Assembly: GCF_963921235.1 (NCBI RefSeq)
Contig: NC_086097.1
Location: 223,760,001 to 223,824,000 of the forward strand
DNA: 64,000 bases
Source: Mobula hypostoma
Taxonomy: Eukaryota
Direction: 5' to 3'
Position numbers and translations under genes: made by a program
Notes under the pieces: model-generated
What the model saw: only the letters and a program-made list of their open reading frames with translations
What the model was told of the DNA's origin: nothing
Databases searched by the model: none
In this document: positions 47,042-59,801 of the stretch, piece after piece
How positions within the stretch are numbered: position 1 is the first letter of the stretch
Layout of the letters: each line of letters starts with the position of its first letter

Positions 47042-48491
47042 CAGTGCCTATAAAAAGTATTCACCCCAAAATAATTGATTGCATGATTACTCTCCCCCTT
47101 CAAGTCAGTATTTGGTAGATAAATCGTTGGTAGCAATTACAGCCTTGAGTCTTTGTGGATAGGTCTCTATCAGCTTTGCACATTTGGACACTGCAATTTT
47201 TCCCCATTCTTCTTTACAAAACTGCTCAAGCTCCGTAAGATTGCATAGGATCATGAGTGAACAGCCTTTTTCAAGTCAGCCACAGATTCTCACTTGGATT
47301 GAGGTCTGGACTCTGACTTGGCCACTCCAGGAGATTCACTTTGTTGTTAAGCCATACCTGCATAGCTTTGGCTTTATGCTAGGGTCATTTTCTGCTGGAA
47401 AACAAATCTTCTCCCAAGTCGCAGTCCTCCTGTAGACTGCTTCAGGTTTTTCTGGAGGATTTCCCTGTATTTTGCTGCACTCATTTTATCCTTTACCTTC
47501 ACAAGCCTTCCAGAGCCTGCTGTATTGAAACATCCCCATAGCATGATGCAGCCACCATCATACTTCACGGTAGGGACAGTGGGTTTTTGATGATGTGTGG
47601 TGTTTAGCTTATGCCAGACATAGCATGCAATCTGATGGCCAAAAAGCTCAATTTTAATTTCATCAGACCATAGAACCTTCTTCCAGCTGACTTCAGAATC
47701 TCTCACATGCTTTCTGGCAAACTCTAGCCAAGATTTCATGCGAGTTTTTTTTCAACAGTGGCTTTCTCTTTGCCACTCTTCCATACACTCGTGACTGGTG
47801 AAGCACCTGGGCAAAAGTTGTATGTGCAGTCTCTCCTACCTTAGCTACTGCAGTTTGTAACTCTTCCAGACTTGGCATGGGTCTCTCGGTGGCCTCCCTC
47901 AATAGTCCACTTCTTGTACAGTCACTTAGTTTTTGAGGGCGGCCTGTTCTAGGCATATTTACAGCTGTGCCATTTTTTTGCATTTCTTAGTAATTCAATT
48001 AACTGTACTCCAAGGGATATTTGGTGACTCTGAAATTTTCTTGTATTCACCTCCTGACTTGTTCTTTTCAATGACATTTTCACGGAGTTGCTTTGTCCTC
48101 ATGATGCAGTTTTTGCCAGGGTACTGACTCACCAGCAGTTGGATCTTCCAGATACAGTTTTATTATGACAATCAAATGAAATATCTTGTCTGCACACAGG
48201 TGATCTCCATTGAACTAATTATGTGACCTCTAAAACCAACTGGCTGCACCAGTGATGATCTGGTGTTTCATATCAACGGGGTGAATACTTATGCAATCAA
48301 TTATTTTATGTTTTTTATTTGTAATTAATTTAGTCAATTTTGCCTAGATCTGTTTTCACTTTGACATGGAAGTCTTTTTCTGCTGATCACTGTCAATAAA
48401 AGCCAAATTCAATCCATTGTGATTCAATATTGTAAAACAATAAAACATGAAAACTTCTGGGGGGGGGCAGTGAATATTTTTATAGGCATGG
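47042..48491 (-). mobile_element. Tc1-like transposon of the same family as 35856, with one TIR internally deleted
   Basis: TA|CAGTGCCTATAAAAAGTATTCACCCC at the left end and GTGAATATTTTTATAGGCATGG|TA at the right. ORFs carry KKVLWSDE, GGCIMLWGCF and PRTGRPQKLS. Confidence 0.93.
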
Positions 48492-48493
48492 TA

Positions 48494-48810
48494 GTGCCTC
48501 CCCGTTCCAGCCACCAGGTTCAGTCCTGGCCTTGGGTGCTGTCTGCATGTCCTCCCTGTCACTCTATGAGGTTCCTCTAGGAACTGTTTGCCTCACACAT
48601 TCAAAACACGTGTAGGTTAGTGGGTTAATTGGCTGCTAGAAATTGCTTTTACTATGCAGGTAAGTGGTGGAATTTGGGGATAGGATAGTTGTGAATGAGA
48701 ATATGGGAAGAATTTAAAAAACTGGGGTCAATGTAGGATTAGTATAAATGGATGGTTGATGATTGTGTGGATCTGGTGGACTGGGGTCCTTGTTCTGTGC
48801 TTTTTTTGCT
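48494..48810 (+). mobile_element. Degenerate V-SINE
   Basis: B-box-like GGTTCAGTCC, a V-domain-like CCTCACACATTCAAAACACGTG and GGTTAGTGGGTTAATTGG. Confidence 0.55.
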
Positions 48811-49006
48811 CTTTAAAAAAAAATTCAGAATAAGGAATTTGGCATTTAAGTAAATAACATACAAATTATAGACCTCTTGTTAACCTGTTCTGTGTATCCA
48901 GTTTGGGTGATGTTTGGAACTGTGCCTGTGACATTAATAAGAGTATTAGTTTGTTTTATCGATAGAGGACCGAAATGATCTCTACTGAGGTATATGTGCG
49001 CACATA

Positions 49007-49523
49007 CACTTAGTGACCACTTTATTAGGTACAGAAGTGGAACCCGCTGTGGTAGTCCATCCACTTCAAGGTTTGATGTGTTGTGCACTCAGAGATGCTC
49101 TTCTGCACACTACTGTTGCAACGGTGTGGTTATTTGGGTTGCTGTCAGCTTGAACCAGTCTGGCCATTCTCCTCTGACCTCTCTTATTAACAAGGTGTTT
49201 TTGCCCACAGAACTGCCACGCACTGGATGTTTTCCTTTTTTTTTGCACCATTCTCTGTAAAATATGGAGACTGTAGAGGCGAAAACCCAAGGAGGTCTAC
49301 AGTTTCTGAGATGTGCAAACCACCCCATCTGGCACCTACAATCATTTCACGGTCATAGTCACTTAGGCCACATTTCTTCCCCATTCTGATGTTTGGCCTG
49401 AACAACAACTGAACCTCTTGACCATGTGTGCATGCTTTTATGCATTGTCTCGCTGCCGCATGATTGGGTGATTAGATATTTGAATTAACGAGCAGGTATA
49501 CCTAATGAAGTGGCCACTGAGTG
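49007..49523 (-). mobile_element. Internally deleted Tc1-like element (second family)
   Basis: TA|CACTTAGTGACCACTTTATTAGG...CCTAATGAAGTGGCCACTGAGTG|TA. The transposase N-terminus reads MGKKCGLSDYDREMIVGARWGGLHISETVDLLGFS. Confidence 0.9.
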
Positions 49524-51429
49524 TATATGTGTATGTTTAGATTTACTCGGCCCCACTAGTTCTTACTAGGCACTCTTCTGTTCATAAATTCATAGCCTGG
49601 TCATCTTTTCGCCCTTCAAGCATTTATCTAATTCCATTTTTAAAGTTAATCTTCAACTTGCTTTAACAATGCATTCCACATTGAAACAATACAGTGCATA
49701 TACTTTTCATCATGTTTCTGCCTTTCTAAAGGAGGCTGCAGAAAGAAATTTTCAAAGGCAGAACAGAACAGATTTTCAAAAACTTAGCTTTTTGCAGGAA
49801 TACCTGATTTCAGAGCACGACTGATGACATATTAATTAAAATTACACCTTAAATAATGAATGCTAAGTTTAGTGTTTATAAATAAAGAAATATTTTTATG
49901 ATGCTACTTAAATTGGAATTCACTTCTTTGTGATTGTTCCAAGGTTTTCGATTGACAGATTTAGGGATCATGTGGTCACCTCTGGGATTCATAAACTGGT
50001 AAGCTTTTCATTTTAATTTTGCGGCTTCAATGAAGCAGTAAGAAAAGACAAAGTTAAAATCTGATGCAAATCTCAAAGGTCACTCTGAGATTCCTGTTGG
50101 GCTTGATTTGTCATAGTTTAATATAGATCGAGGAGCAGGAATAAGGCTTCAACCTGCCCACTTTATCAGAATCTGATTGTACTTACAGAAACTCCAAATG
50201 TCTAAACAGAAGAAAAATATGTCAATTAAAAAGTAAAGAAATACACATGGATTTTTATGTTAACATATTTTTAAGAGTGCAAAGTTCAATGTATAAAATA
50301 AATTTATTATTGAAGTACTATACTATACACAAGATTGAGATTAATTTTCGGTGGTGATTTTAGTCTCTCTGAAGAACCTATTGACAATTACAGTGGGCGC
50401 AAGTAGTCTGTGATTGTTGATGAGAAAAGTTTGCACTGAAGTATTGGTAACCTGAATTGGTTTGCCTTCATGCATAACCTGTGACTTATCTCTGCTTACT
50501 TCCTCAAAAGAAAAATGGAGACTGTGACCTTTGAATCTGATGTGCTTGTATGTGACTTCACCTTTTAGTTGGCACAGTGCACCCAATTACCTTCTGAGAA
50601 AGGAAATCTCCAAGCATTTCATTCCTTGTTGCCAAGTTCTTATCACTGGAATCAGAATCAGGTTTAATATCGCTGATATATGTTCTGAAATTGGTTTTGC
50701 AGTAACAGTACATTGCGATACATAATAACAAAAGCTATAAATTATAATGAGAAGTGAACATAAAAAAATTAATTAAGTAGTGCAAAAAGAAAAGGAAAAA
50801 TGCTGAGGTAGTGTTCATGCGTTGGTTATCCATTCAGAAATCTGATGGCAGAGGCGTAGAATCCTTTATATGTGTATACTGATATCCTTCTATATCTGTG
50901 TGCAGAAGTATGGACAGACAGAGATGGAAGATCTTAACATTGCTGCCCTAAACACCAGCTGTGCAACAGGCAGTAAGACTGCGTCAAATACAGACAGTCT
51001 TGGAATGGATCTGATGTGGCCCCCTAGATAGGGTCAACCGTGCAAATCAATGCATTGTACCCGGCACACCACTTCCTTAGAACGAAAACGTATTTCACTA
51101 ATTCACAAAGTATTTAAGGATAACCAAAGGAGACCATGTTCATCCATGGTATTTGGAACTCCAGGTTATTAACAATTTAAGGGCACCTGCTTGTCTGCCC
51201 GTTCTGATTATATCTTCCTGAATTTTTCTGCAGTCACCCTCTGTCAAAACCCAAGCTTTTGTGTCTTTAGCAAATGGCAGAACTGCAGCACTCAAACCCA
51301 AGTCCAAACACTCACAAGTCCAAATACATAAATATGTGACATATTTATGTATGTCACATAAATATGTCACATAATGCAGAGAGTGCAGGCCCTAAGGGCT
51401 CACCAATTCCTATTCTTCACCTCTGCCTA

Positions 51430-52225
51430 TTTGCCATCCATCTCTAAGGACCCTCATCAGCTGTGACATGCCCGCTTCTCATTACTACCATCAGGATTAG
51501 ATATAGGAGCCTGATTCAGAAACAGCTTCTTCCCCTCTGTCATAAGATTTTTGAATGGTCCATGAGCTCTACCTCACTATTCCTTCCCTTGCATGGTTTG
51601 TATATGAGGGGTGATTGATAAGTTCATGGCCTAAGGTAGAAGGAGTCAATTTTAGAAAACCTAGCACATTTATTTTTGAACATAGTCCCCTCCTACATTT
51701 ACACACTTAGTCCAGCGGTGGTGGAGCATATGGGTCTTGGACCTCCAGAAAGTGCCCAGAGCAGGGGTGATTGATAAGTTTGTGGCCTAAGGTAGAAAGA
51801 GTTAAGTTATACAGCTCTCATTTATACGTTCGTGGCCTAAGGTAGAAGGAGATGAGTTATTATTCTCAAACTTTCTGCATAATCACTCAAAGAGTTGAAC
51901 TGCATGTGCATGTAGCAAGAGCTGTATAACTCATCTCCTTCTACGTTAGGCCATGAACCCCTGCTGTGGACGCGTTCTGGATGTCCAAGATCCCTATGCT
52001 CCATGACCACTGGACTAAGTGTGTAAATGTAGGAGGGGACAATGTTGAAAAATAAATGTGCTAGGTTTTCTAAAATTGACTCCGTCTATCCTAGGCCATA
52101 AACTTATCAATCGCCCCTCGTATTTTTGTAACTTGCAGTAATTTTATGCTTTTTCACTGCACTGCTGCTGTAAAGCAACAAAATTCACACCATCGAAGTC
52201 AGTGATAATATATCTGAGTCTGTTT
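51430..52225 (+). mobile_element. Rex1 3' fragment hosting the mariner MITE
   Basis: KDPHQL*HARFSLLPSG and RNSFFPSVIRFLNG precede the MITE. A CTGCTGC...GATAATATATCTGAGTCTG tail follows it. Confidence 0.65.
51605..52120. mobile_element. Mariner-derived MITE (516 bp) with ~200-bp inverted arms and TA TSD
   Basis: TA|TGAGGGGTGATTGATAAGTT...AACTTATCAATCGCCCCTCG|TA. Each arm encodes a mariner transposase C-terminus (WTKCVNVGGD[Y/N]V[Q/E]K*). Confidence 0.9.
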
Positions 52226-53650
52226 CGCCAGTCTAAGTGATAATACTTCATTCAAGCTCCCTATTTCTTATCCTTGAAGCAGTTTTCAAACTGAATGCAT
52301 ATTTTTTGTCTGACCATTTTCCTGATCCTTTTTATTGAGCTCATCACACTGAACACCACCTTTAGGTAAATCTCACCAAATAGAGTTTCTACTTTCTCTA
52401 ATTAATCAAGATAACTTTTAGTTCCCTTCAGTATGTACTTTCCTCTGGGATCTTGACTGTGTTAATAAAGGTTGTGTCAGCTAGCCTTAGTAGTGTGTCG
52501 TCACGTCCTGCCCAGTAGGATGCTATGGAAGATACGAGAGAGCTGGGCAGGATCAGATTTCTGAAGGACAGTAGTCTAGTTTGGGGTCTTTTGTGAGAAA
52601 GTGCACAGAAGATGCTTGGAGGATCCCACGTGAAGGGGAGACCCTAGTGCAAGGGGGGCCTTGCGCAGACAAATGGTTTCAAGGAGGAAGTGCCAGTACT
52701 TCTGATCTTGCCAGTTTGCTGGTGATGTTCTTCAGGTGAAGTTCAACCGGTGGGTGCTGATGGGAATTCATCACCATGAGTAAAGCGATACACTCAACTA
52801 CTGCAGAAACGAGCTCTAATGTTTATGTGCGCATTTAGACTGGTTTAACTGTAAAGGGCCCTTTTATTTTTCTTTTCATTTCCTGTTACCCATTTGTTAA
52901 AGTTGAAATATTGGTAAATATACCTCCTTTGTCATTTTATGCTGGTCTACAATCTGTTATTTCCTGGCGAGTGCACAAGGCAGTATTCACCACAATCAAT
53001 ATTCACTCACTGGAACATCCCAACTTTCCTGTTTGGTTTCCAAATCATAATGACCCTAGATGTGTGATGCTTATCGAGAGTGGCCTTCTCACCGGTACCC
53101 ATGTGACACTGGGTCCCTTAGCTGTTAACCAGAGTTAGGTAACGAACCAAGTTTGTTATGAGCCCCAGTGAGAGAATTACAGTCGGTTTGCTATTCTACC
53201 TAACATTGTTAGAATTTAAAAACACAATCTTGAAAACAAAAATCCTGTAAGCTCTGACCAAGGGAAGGAATTTACCTCCCTCTTCCTTTTCTCAATGCTG
53301 TTCTCATAATTATTTTTTCTGATTTCAAACCTCGTTCATTGCCAATCCCATAAAGGGTCTGGAATCAGTAATGACAGCAAATTCCTTTAGTAATCTCTCT
53401 CACTGACTGCTGTAAATTTGACAGAGTCCCTGAAATCACCACAGACACCCAGAGGACACTTATGCCTCTACTAGTCCTGATTATATACTTGTTCTTTGAG
53501 GGGTTGTTTCTAATAGGCATGGATAGGATGGCAATGGAAGTCTTGCTGCTATGGAGAAGAGTTGGTGAGGTTAATGTCAAGCCAGTGCCAGCAGTGACTC
53601 AATAGCTGACTGATTAAAGGTTTGGAGATTAGATGCTGTCAAAACATTTT

Positions 53651-54360
53651 AGACCATAGACCATAAGATATAGGAGCAGAATTAGGCCATTTGTCCCATT
53701 GAGTCTGCTCTACCATTTCATCATGTCTGATCCATTTCCCTCTCAGCCCCAATCTCCTGCCTTCTTCCCATATCCTGTCATGCCCTGACCAATCAAGAAT
53801 CTATCAACTTCAGCCTTGTACACCCAATGACTTGGCCTCCAGAGCTGCTTATGGAATTGAAATTCACAGATTCACCACTCTCTGACTAAAGAAATTCCTC
53901 CTTATCTCAGTTCTAAATGGATATCCCTCTATCCTGAGTCTGTGTTCCTTAGTCTGCCACCATAGGAAACATCCCCTCCACATCACTCTGTCGAGGCCTT
54001 TCATCATTTGATTGGTCCCCCCACATTATTCTGAATTCCAGTGAGCAGAGGTCCAGACTCCAGAGTCATCAAACGCTCCTCATAGGACAAACCTTTCAAT
54101 CCTGGAATCATTTTCATGAACCTCCTATGAACCATCTTCAATGTCAGCACTTCCTTTCTTAGATAAAGGGCCCAAAACTGCACACAATACTCCAAGTGAG
54201 GTCTCGCCAGTGCTTTATAAAGCCTCCATATTACATCCTTGCTCTAGTCCTCTCAAAATGAATGCTAACATTGTATTTGCCTTCCTCACACTGACTCAGA
54301 CTGTAAATTAACCTCTGGGGAGTCCTGCATGAGGGCCCCCTAATCCCTTTGCTCCTCAGG
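53651..54360 (-). mobile_element. CR1 3' fragment
   Basis: EYCVQFWALYLRK...RRFMKMIPGLKGLSYEERL, with the tail visible as AGACCATAGACCATAAG. Confidence 0.9.
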
Positions 54361-56050
54361 TTTTTTTAATTTTGTAGAACTGAATGTGAGGAGATATTTC
54401 TCTGAGCATAGGAAGAAAAATTTAGCTTTATAGCAAGCAATCAACAAAAAAAAGACCCTCGTTTAAATCATTTTTATTCTGTTAATTTTCAACTATCCTG
54501 AAAAAGTGTCAAAAACCTGCTTTTAGGTTGAAGGCCTTGCCATCAGCCCACTAAAAGGTAACGATGTTGTCCATTCTAGTTTTTCCTCAGATTTCATGTC
54601 TAATACAGTTGGAACACTTCTTAACTAAATGAATAAGTAATTTCTTTTTTCTAGTTTCTTCATTGACTTGAGGAGAGGGAATATATACCTAATGTCCTGA
54701 AAGAAATGGGGTTAATACTATTAGCAGACTTGTTATTTTTGTTTGCATTAACAATTCTAATTGTAATTTCAGGCACTTGGAATTCTTTTTTTGCTTTTTT
54801 TTTTGGTAATAAAATGATTCTTCCCCCAAACTTAGAAATAAATTGCTTTTTCTATAAGGCGGTGGGCTTGCTCCTTCATATACCTGTTTCATTTATAAAA
54901 TATTAGTGCATAAGAACCCAGACTGGCTTTTCTATTAGTAGTTCATGTTCATCTACCCACACAACTCCATAAGCAAGCAAAAAGTGCATGACCTGTAGAT
55001 AACTATAATCTTACTGCAGCTATGATTATCTCTGCAAAATGGTAGTAGTTATGTGATCCATTTTGTACATTGCTTGACAACAGAATATATTAAGCAGTTT
55101 GAATCTTGGACTGTGAAAGTGTGCCACCTGAAAGCTACTGTAAGTCCCACACAGTGGTTCCTGCTGGTACTTGGGTTGGAAAATAGTAACTTTCAGGACA
55201 AATGTTGTAATCTTTTGTCAATTCTATTATAAAGCAAAAAAAAACTCCACAAAATAAGCTGTGTTGCATTTTGATACATTTACTTGAAAAACCTTCATAG
55301 TCTGAGGCTTTATGCAGGGGTGTGTGCAACCAAGCCTGTGGAGAAAGCTGTCTCGTTTCATATGCAATGCAAAAGGGCAGCTTTGGACTTATTATGAGTA
55401 CCCAAGGGTGCAGAAACTTGTATTACTGTAAAATTCTGAGCTCTCACGCTTTTGTGAGTATCCATTGTGTCAGTTTGCATCACTTCTTCTTTAACTGCCA
55501 TCTCGAGCAGCATGATGTGCATACTAGAGCTGGTCTTTTCCCTCTCCCAGGAGATTGCCTGACATCAGTGCGTTGGGGTTGGCAGGTGTGAGAATGTGTT
55601 TCGCATTGATGACGCTGTACTGGGCTGGGACAGAATGGGCTTGCTCGGTTGCTAATCTTAGCCTCTCCTTTCTGGAACGTTTGCATGTTCAGCTCGTAAA
55701 AGAGCCACTTTTGTACTGCAGAACTGCTAAGAGAAAGCATTTTCTTACATGGTAGATTTCAGCTCAGAAGCAAGCTGTTAGACTCTCAAGTTTGCTGATT
55801 ATGCTTCTCAGGCCCGCTGCCACATCATATCCTTCACCTTATCGACGTGCTCCTCTGTTTGTTTCTTCCTCTGTTGATCCCACAACCTCTGAAATGCATC
55901 CACATCAGTTACTTCGGCCTCTCCTTGTGAATTCCACATTCTTGCTCCTTTAATATTGATTGACAAGGTCAAAGAATATGTGATCAGGATATTTTCCTCT
56001 CTGCTCCCTTGGTTCACATATGAGCAGAAAAACAAATCAGTGATGAGATA

Positions 56051-56545
56051 CAGTCAGTGGCCACGTTGCTAGGTACACCTGTGCACCTGCATATTAATGC
56101 AAATAACTAATCAGCCAATCACGTGTCAGCAGCTCAATGTATAAAGACATGTAAACATGGTTGAGAGGTTCGGTTACTGTTCAGAGCAAATGTCAGAATG
56201 GGGAAGAGCTGTGATCCAAATGACTTTGACCGTGGTATGATTGTTGGCGCCAGAGAGGGTGGTTTTACAGAGAATGCTGCGAGAAAATAAACATATCCAG
56301 TGAATGGCAGTTCTGTGGGCCAAAATGCCTTGTTAATGAGTGAGGTCAGAGGAGTATGGCCAGACTGACTCAAGCTGACGAGAAGGTGTCAGTAACTCAA
56401 ATAAGCACGTGTTACAACAGAAGTGTGGTGGAGAGCATCTCTGAACGCACAACCGTGACGTAGATGGGTTACAGCAGCAGAAGACCATGAACTAATAAAG
56501 TGCTCAGTGGCACTTTATTAGGTCCAGTAAAGTGGCCACTCAGTG
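56051..56545 (+). mobile_element. Internally deleted Tc1-like element, same family as 49007
   Basis: TA|CAGTCAGTGGCCACGTTGCTAGG at the left, MGKSCDPNDFDRGMIVGARE internally, and TAAAGTGGCCACTCAGTG at the right. Confidence 0.85.
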
Positions 56546-56976
56546 TCGAATGACTTGCCATGATACCAAGGCAGTATTTGGCAGGGTGTATCATCAAGGT
56601 GTAGGCGTGAAAGGCTGACATTGAAATTCATGGGAAATGGGGAAAGCTCTCCACCGATATCTCATCTCAAGGAGGATGGTTGTGGTTCTTGAAGGTTAAC
56701 TGTCTCAACCTCACAGCATTTGACTGGTGTTTTCTCATACTGTGGCATGCTATGGTTGCCCATGGCTGCTCTGTGTACAATCTACATAATGGCAGCTTGC
56801 AAAGGTTTTCCCAATCATTCCATAAGGCATAGGAGCAGAATTAGGCCATTTGGCCCATTGAGTCTGCTCCAGCATTTCATCATGACTGATTCGATTTTCC
56901 TTTCAGCCCCAGTCACCTGCCTTTTCCCCATATCCGTTCATGCCCTGGCCAATCAAGAATCTATCAACCTCTGCCT

Positions 56977-57506
56977 GCTATATAAGACCTAGGTCAGACC
57001 CCACTTGGAGTACTGTGTTCATTTCTGGTCACCTCACTACAGGAAGAATGTGGATACTATAGAGAGAATGCAGAGGAGATTTACCTGGAGAGTAAATTGG
57101 GTGAACTTGGCCTTTTCTCCTTGGAGCGACGGAGGATGAGAAGTGACCTGATAGAGGTGTATAAGATGATGAGAGGCGTTGATCATGTGGATAGTCAGAG
57201 GCTTTTTCCCAGGGCAGAAATGGCTAACACAAGGAGGCATAGTTTAAAGGTGCTTGGAAGTAGGTACAGAGGGGATGTCAGGGGTAAATTTTTCACACAG
57301 AGAGTGGTGGATGCATGGGCGACGGTGGTGGAGGCGGATACAATAAGGTCTTTTAAGAGAGGCTTAGATAGGTACATGAAGCTTAGAAAAATAGAGGGCT
57401 ATGCGGTAGGGTAATTCTAGGCAGTTTCTAGAGTAGGTTACATGGTTGGCACAATATTGTAGGCCGAAGGGCCTGTAATATGCTGTAGCTTTCTATGTTC
57501 TATGTT
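56977..57506 (+). mobile_element. CR1 3' fragment (same subfamily as 42522-46408)
   Basis: LYKT*VRPHLEYC...LFSLERRRMRSDL, ending in a (TTCTATG)n tail. Confidence 0.88.
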
Positions 57507-58088
57507 ACATATGCATATACTTTGGCCTGTCCCCTAAAACCCTCACTAATTTTTATAGATGCACCATAGAAAGCATTCTTCTTCATAGAAAGCATCACAA
57601 CCTGGTATGGAAGTTGTCCTGTCCAAGACCGGAAGAAGCTGCAGAAGATCGTGAACAAAGCCCAGCACATCACACAAACCGATCTTCCATCCTTGGACTC
57701 ACTTTACACCACATGCTGTCGGAGCAGTGCTGCCAGGATAATCAAAGACATGACCCACCTAGCCAACACACTTTTTGTCCCTCTTCCCTCCGGGAGAAGG
57801 CTCAGGAGCTTGAAGACTCATATGGCCAGATTTGGGAACAGCTTCTTTCCAACTGTGATAAGACCGCTGAATGGATCCTGACCCGGATCTGGGCCGTACC
57901 CTCCAAATATCCGGACCTGCCTCTCGGTTTTATTGCACTACTTTACTTTCCATTTTCTATTTTCTATTTATGATTTATAATTTAAATTTTTAATATTTAC
58001 TATTGATTTGTACTCCAGGGAGCATGAAGAATAGAATCAAATATCGCTGTGATGATTGTATCAATTGTTTGGCGACTATAAAGTATAA
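57507..58088 (+). mobile_element. Rex1-type LINE 3' fragment
   Basis: NFYRCTIES and IIKDMTHLANTLFVPLPSGRRLRSLKTHMARFGNSFFPTVIRPLN. Confidence 0.85.
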
Positions 58089-58756
58089 ATGCTTGGCCTC
58101 CACAGCTGCCTGTGACAAAGAATTCCAGATTCATCATTGTCTGGCTAAAGAAATTCCTCCTCATTTCCAATCAGAGGCTGTGTCCTCTGGTGTCAGACTC
58201 TCCCACCATAGGAAACATCCTCTCCACATCTACTCTATCAAGGCCTTTCACCATTCAATAGGTTTCAATGAGGTCTCCACTCATTCTTCTGAATTCCAGT
58301 GAATACAGGCCCAGAGCCATCAAACACTCCTCATATGACACGCCATTCAATTCTGGAATAAATTTTGTGAACCTCCTTTGAAACCTCTCCAGTTTCAGCA
58401 CATCCTTTCGATCCCAAAACTGCTCACAATGCTCCAAGTGAGAATTCACCAGTACTTTATAAAGTCTCAACATTACATTTTTGCTTTTATATTCTAATCC
58501 TCTTGAAATGAATGCTAACATTGCATTTGCCTTCCTCACCATAGACTCAACCTGCAAATTAACCTTTAAAGTGTTCAGCACAAGGATTCCCAAGTCCCTT
58601 TGCATCTCAGTTTTTTGTATTTTCTCTCCATGTAAAAAATATTCTACTCTTTCAATTTTTCTACCAAAGAGCATGACCATACATTTCCCGAAAATGTATT
58701 CCCTCCCTAACCACTCCAGCTGTGAGGACAAAAGCTGCAAGTGTGTGTGTGTAATA

Positions 58757-59178
58757 TCAAAGATTCAAAGTACATTTATTATCAAAGTATGTGTGCAGTG
58801 TACAACCCTGAGTTTCCCTTTCCCACAGACGGCCATGAAACAATAAAACCGTGGAGCCATTCGAAGGAAAACATCAAACCCCCAACGCGCAAAAACAAAT
58901 CGTGTGAACGGCAAAAAAATGCCGAAAAACACAGAATATAAAACATCAGCCCACAAGGTCATCGTAAGAGTCTAGGCGTATTCAGTACAGCTCAGTTCAG
59001 TTCGATCTAGAGCGTGTCGTTCGTTAGCTGCAGGGCGCCCTGATCAAAATGGCACAAAATAACAACAGAAAAGGCAGCCACCAGAAACACTTCATTATGT
59101 GAATTATGGAGTCCAATTCACAAACGGTGTCGAATAAGCCTTGCCCAAGATCCAGGACTCCAGCACCATCTTCCAGAG
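58757..59178 (-). mobile_element. Unclassified repeat with the same tail type as 16090-16518
   Basis: Begins TCAAAGATTCAAAGTACATTTATTATCAAAG, the reverse complement of that tail type. Confidence 0.45.
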
Positions 59179-59179
59179 C

Positions 59180-59800
59180 CAGATTCCAATTCCATTTTCA
59201 TTGATTTGCCTTTCACTTCTGGTGTAAGCCATATAGCTTGTGTCTTGTTAGTTTTTGCATCATAAGTCTCAAGGCCACCCAGTCCTGTGTTACTCTCATC
59301 ATTATCAGATTTTTCATCAATAGTTTGCAGAATAGTGCTCTTTTTGAAACTGAAACTTTACTTTTTATCTTTTTCTCTTCCCTGTGCAGTCCATTTATTT
59401 TTGTCTGCCCAAAGTGCTCTTTATATGTGTCCTACTTTGTTGCATTTTCTGCAGGTTTTGCCTTTACACCTGCATTGGTCTAGTGTACGTGAGCCCCTGC
59501 CACATCAATAACACAATTTTTGTTCGGCTAGGCAAATTTCTGTCTAGACGATGCAATTTTGTTCATGCTAACTTTCATTCCTGGCTGCAACTCAATTGTG
59601 TCTCTGGCTGAAGTTTCCATTGACACAGCAATTTCGACTGCTCTTTTAAATGTGAGTTGTGCTTCAGTTAAGAGTTGTCTTTGAATGTTTTCTTGTAAGA
59701 CTCCACAATCGCTCAGTGCCTCAATAAGCCCTATCACTGAACTGACACTGCTCAGACCGTTTCTTGAATTCAGCCACATAAGCTGAAATGGACTCCCCGT
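59180..59800 (-). mobile_element. gag-protease fragment of the same Gypsy family as 17614
   Basis: QRQLLTEAQLTFKRAVEIAVSMET..., CRKCNKVGH and MKMELESG on the minus strand. Confidence 0.88.
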
Positions 59801-59801
59801 C

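Larger units (their letters stand above)
56820..58710 (-). mobile_element. CR1 3' fragment split by two nested plus-strand LINE fragments
   Basis: The tail is at 56820-56976 and the element continues at 58090-58710 (KANAMLAFISRGLEYKSK). Confidence 0.85.

Noticed and set aside
54680..54720. Possible 8-nt minus-strand microexon
   Set aside because: The donor is weak (GTATAT), it is not frame-preserving, and there is no other support.
55808..56035. 75-aa minus-strand ORF as a host exon
   Set aside because: It resembles a decayed CR1 ORF2 C-terminus (RMWNS...DAFQRL).
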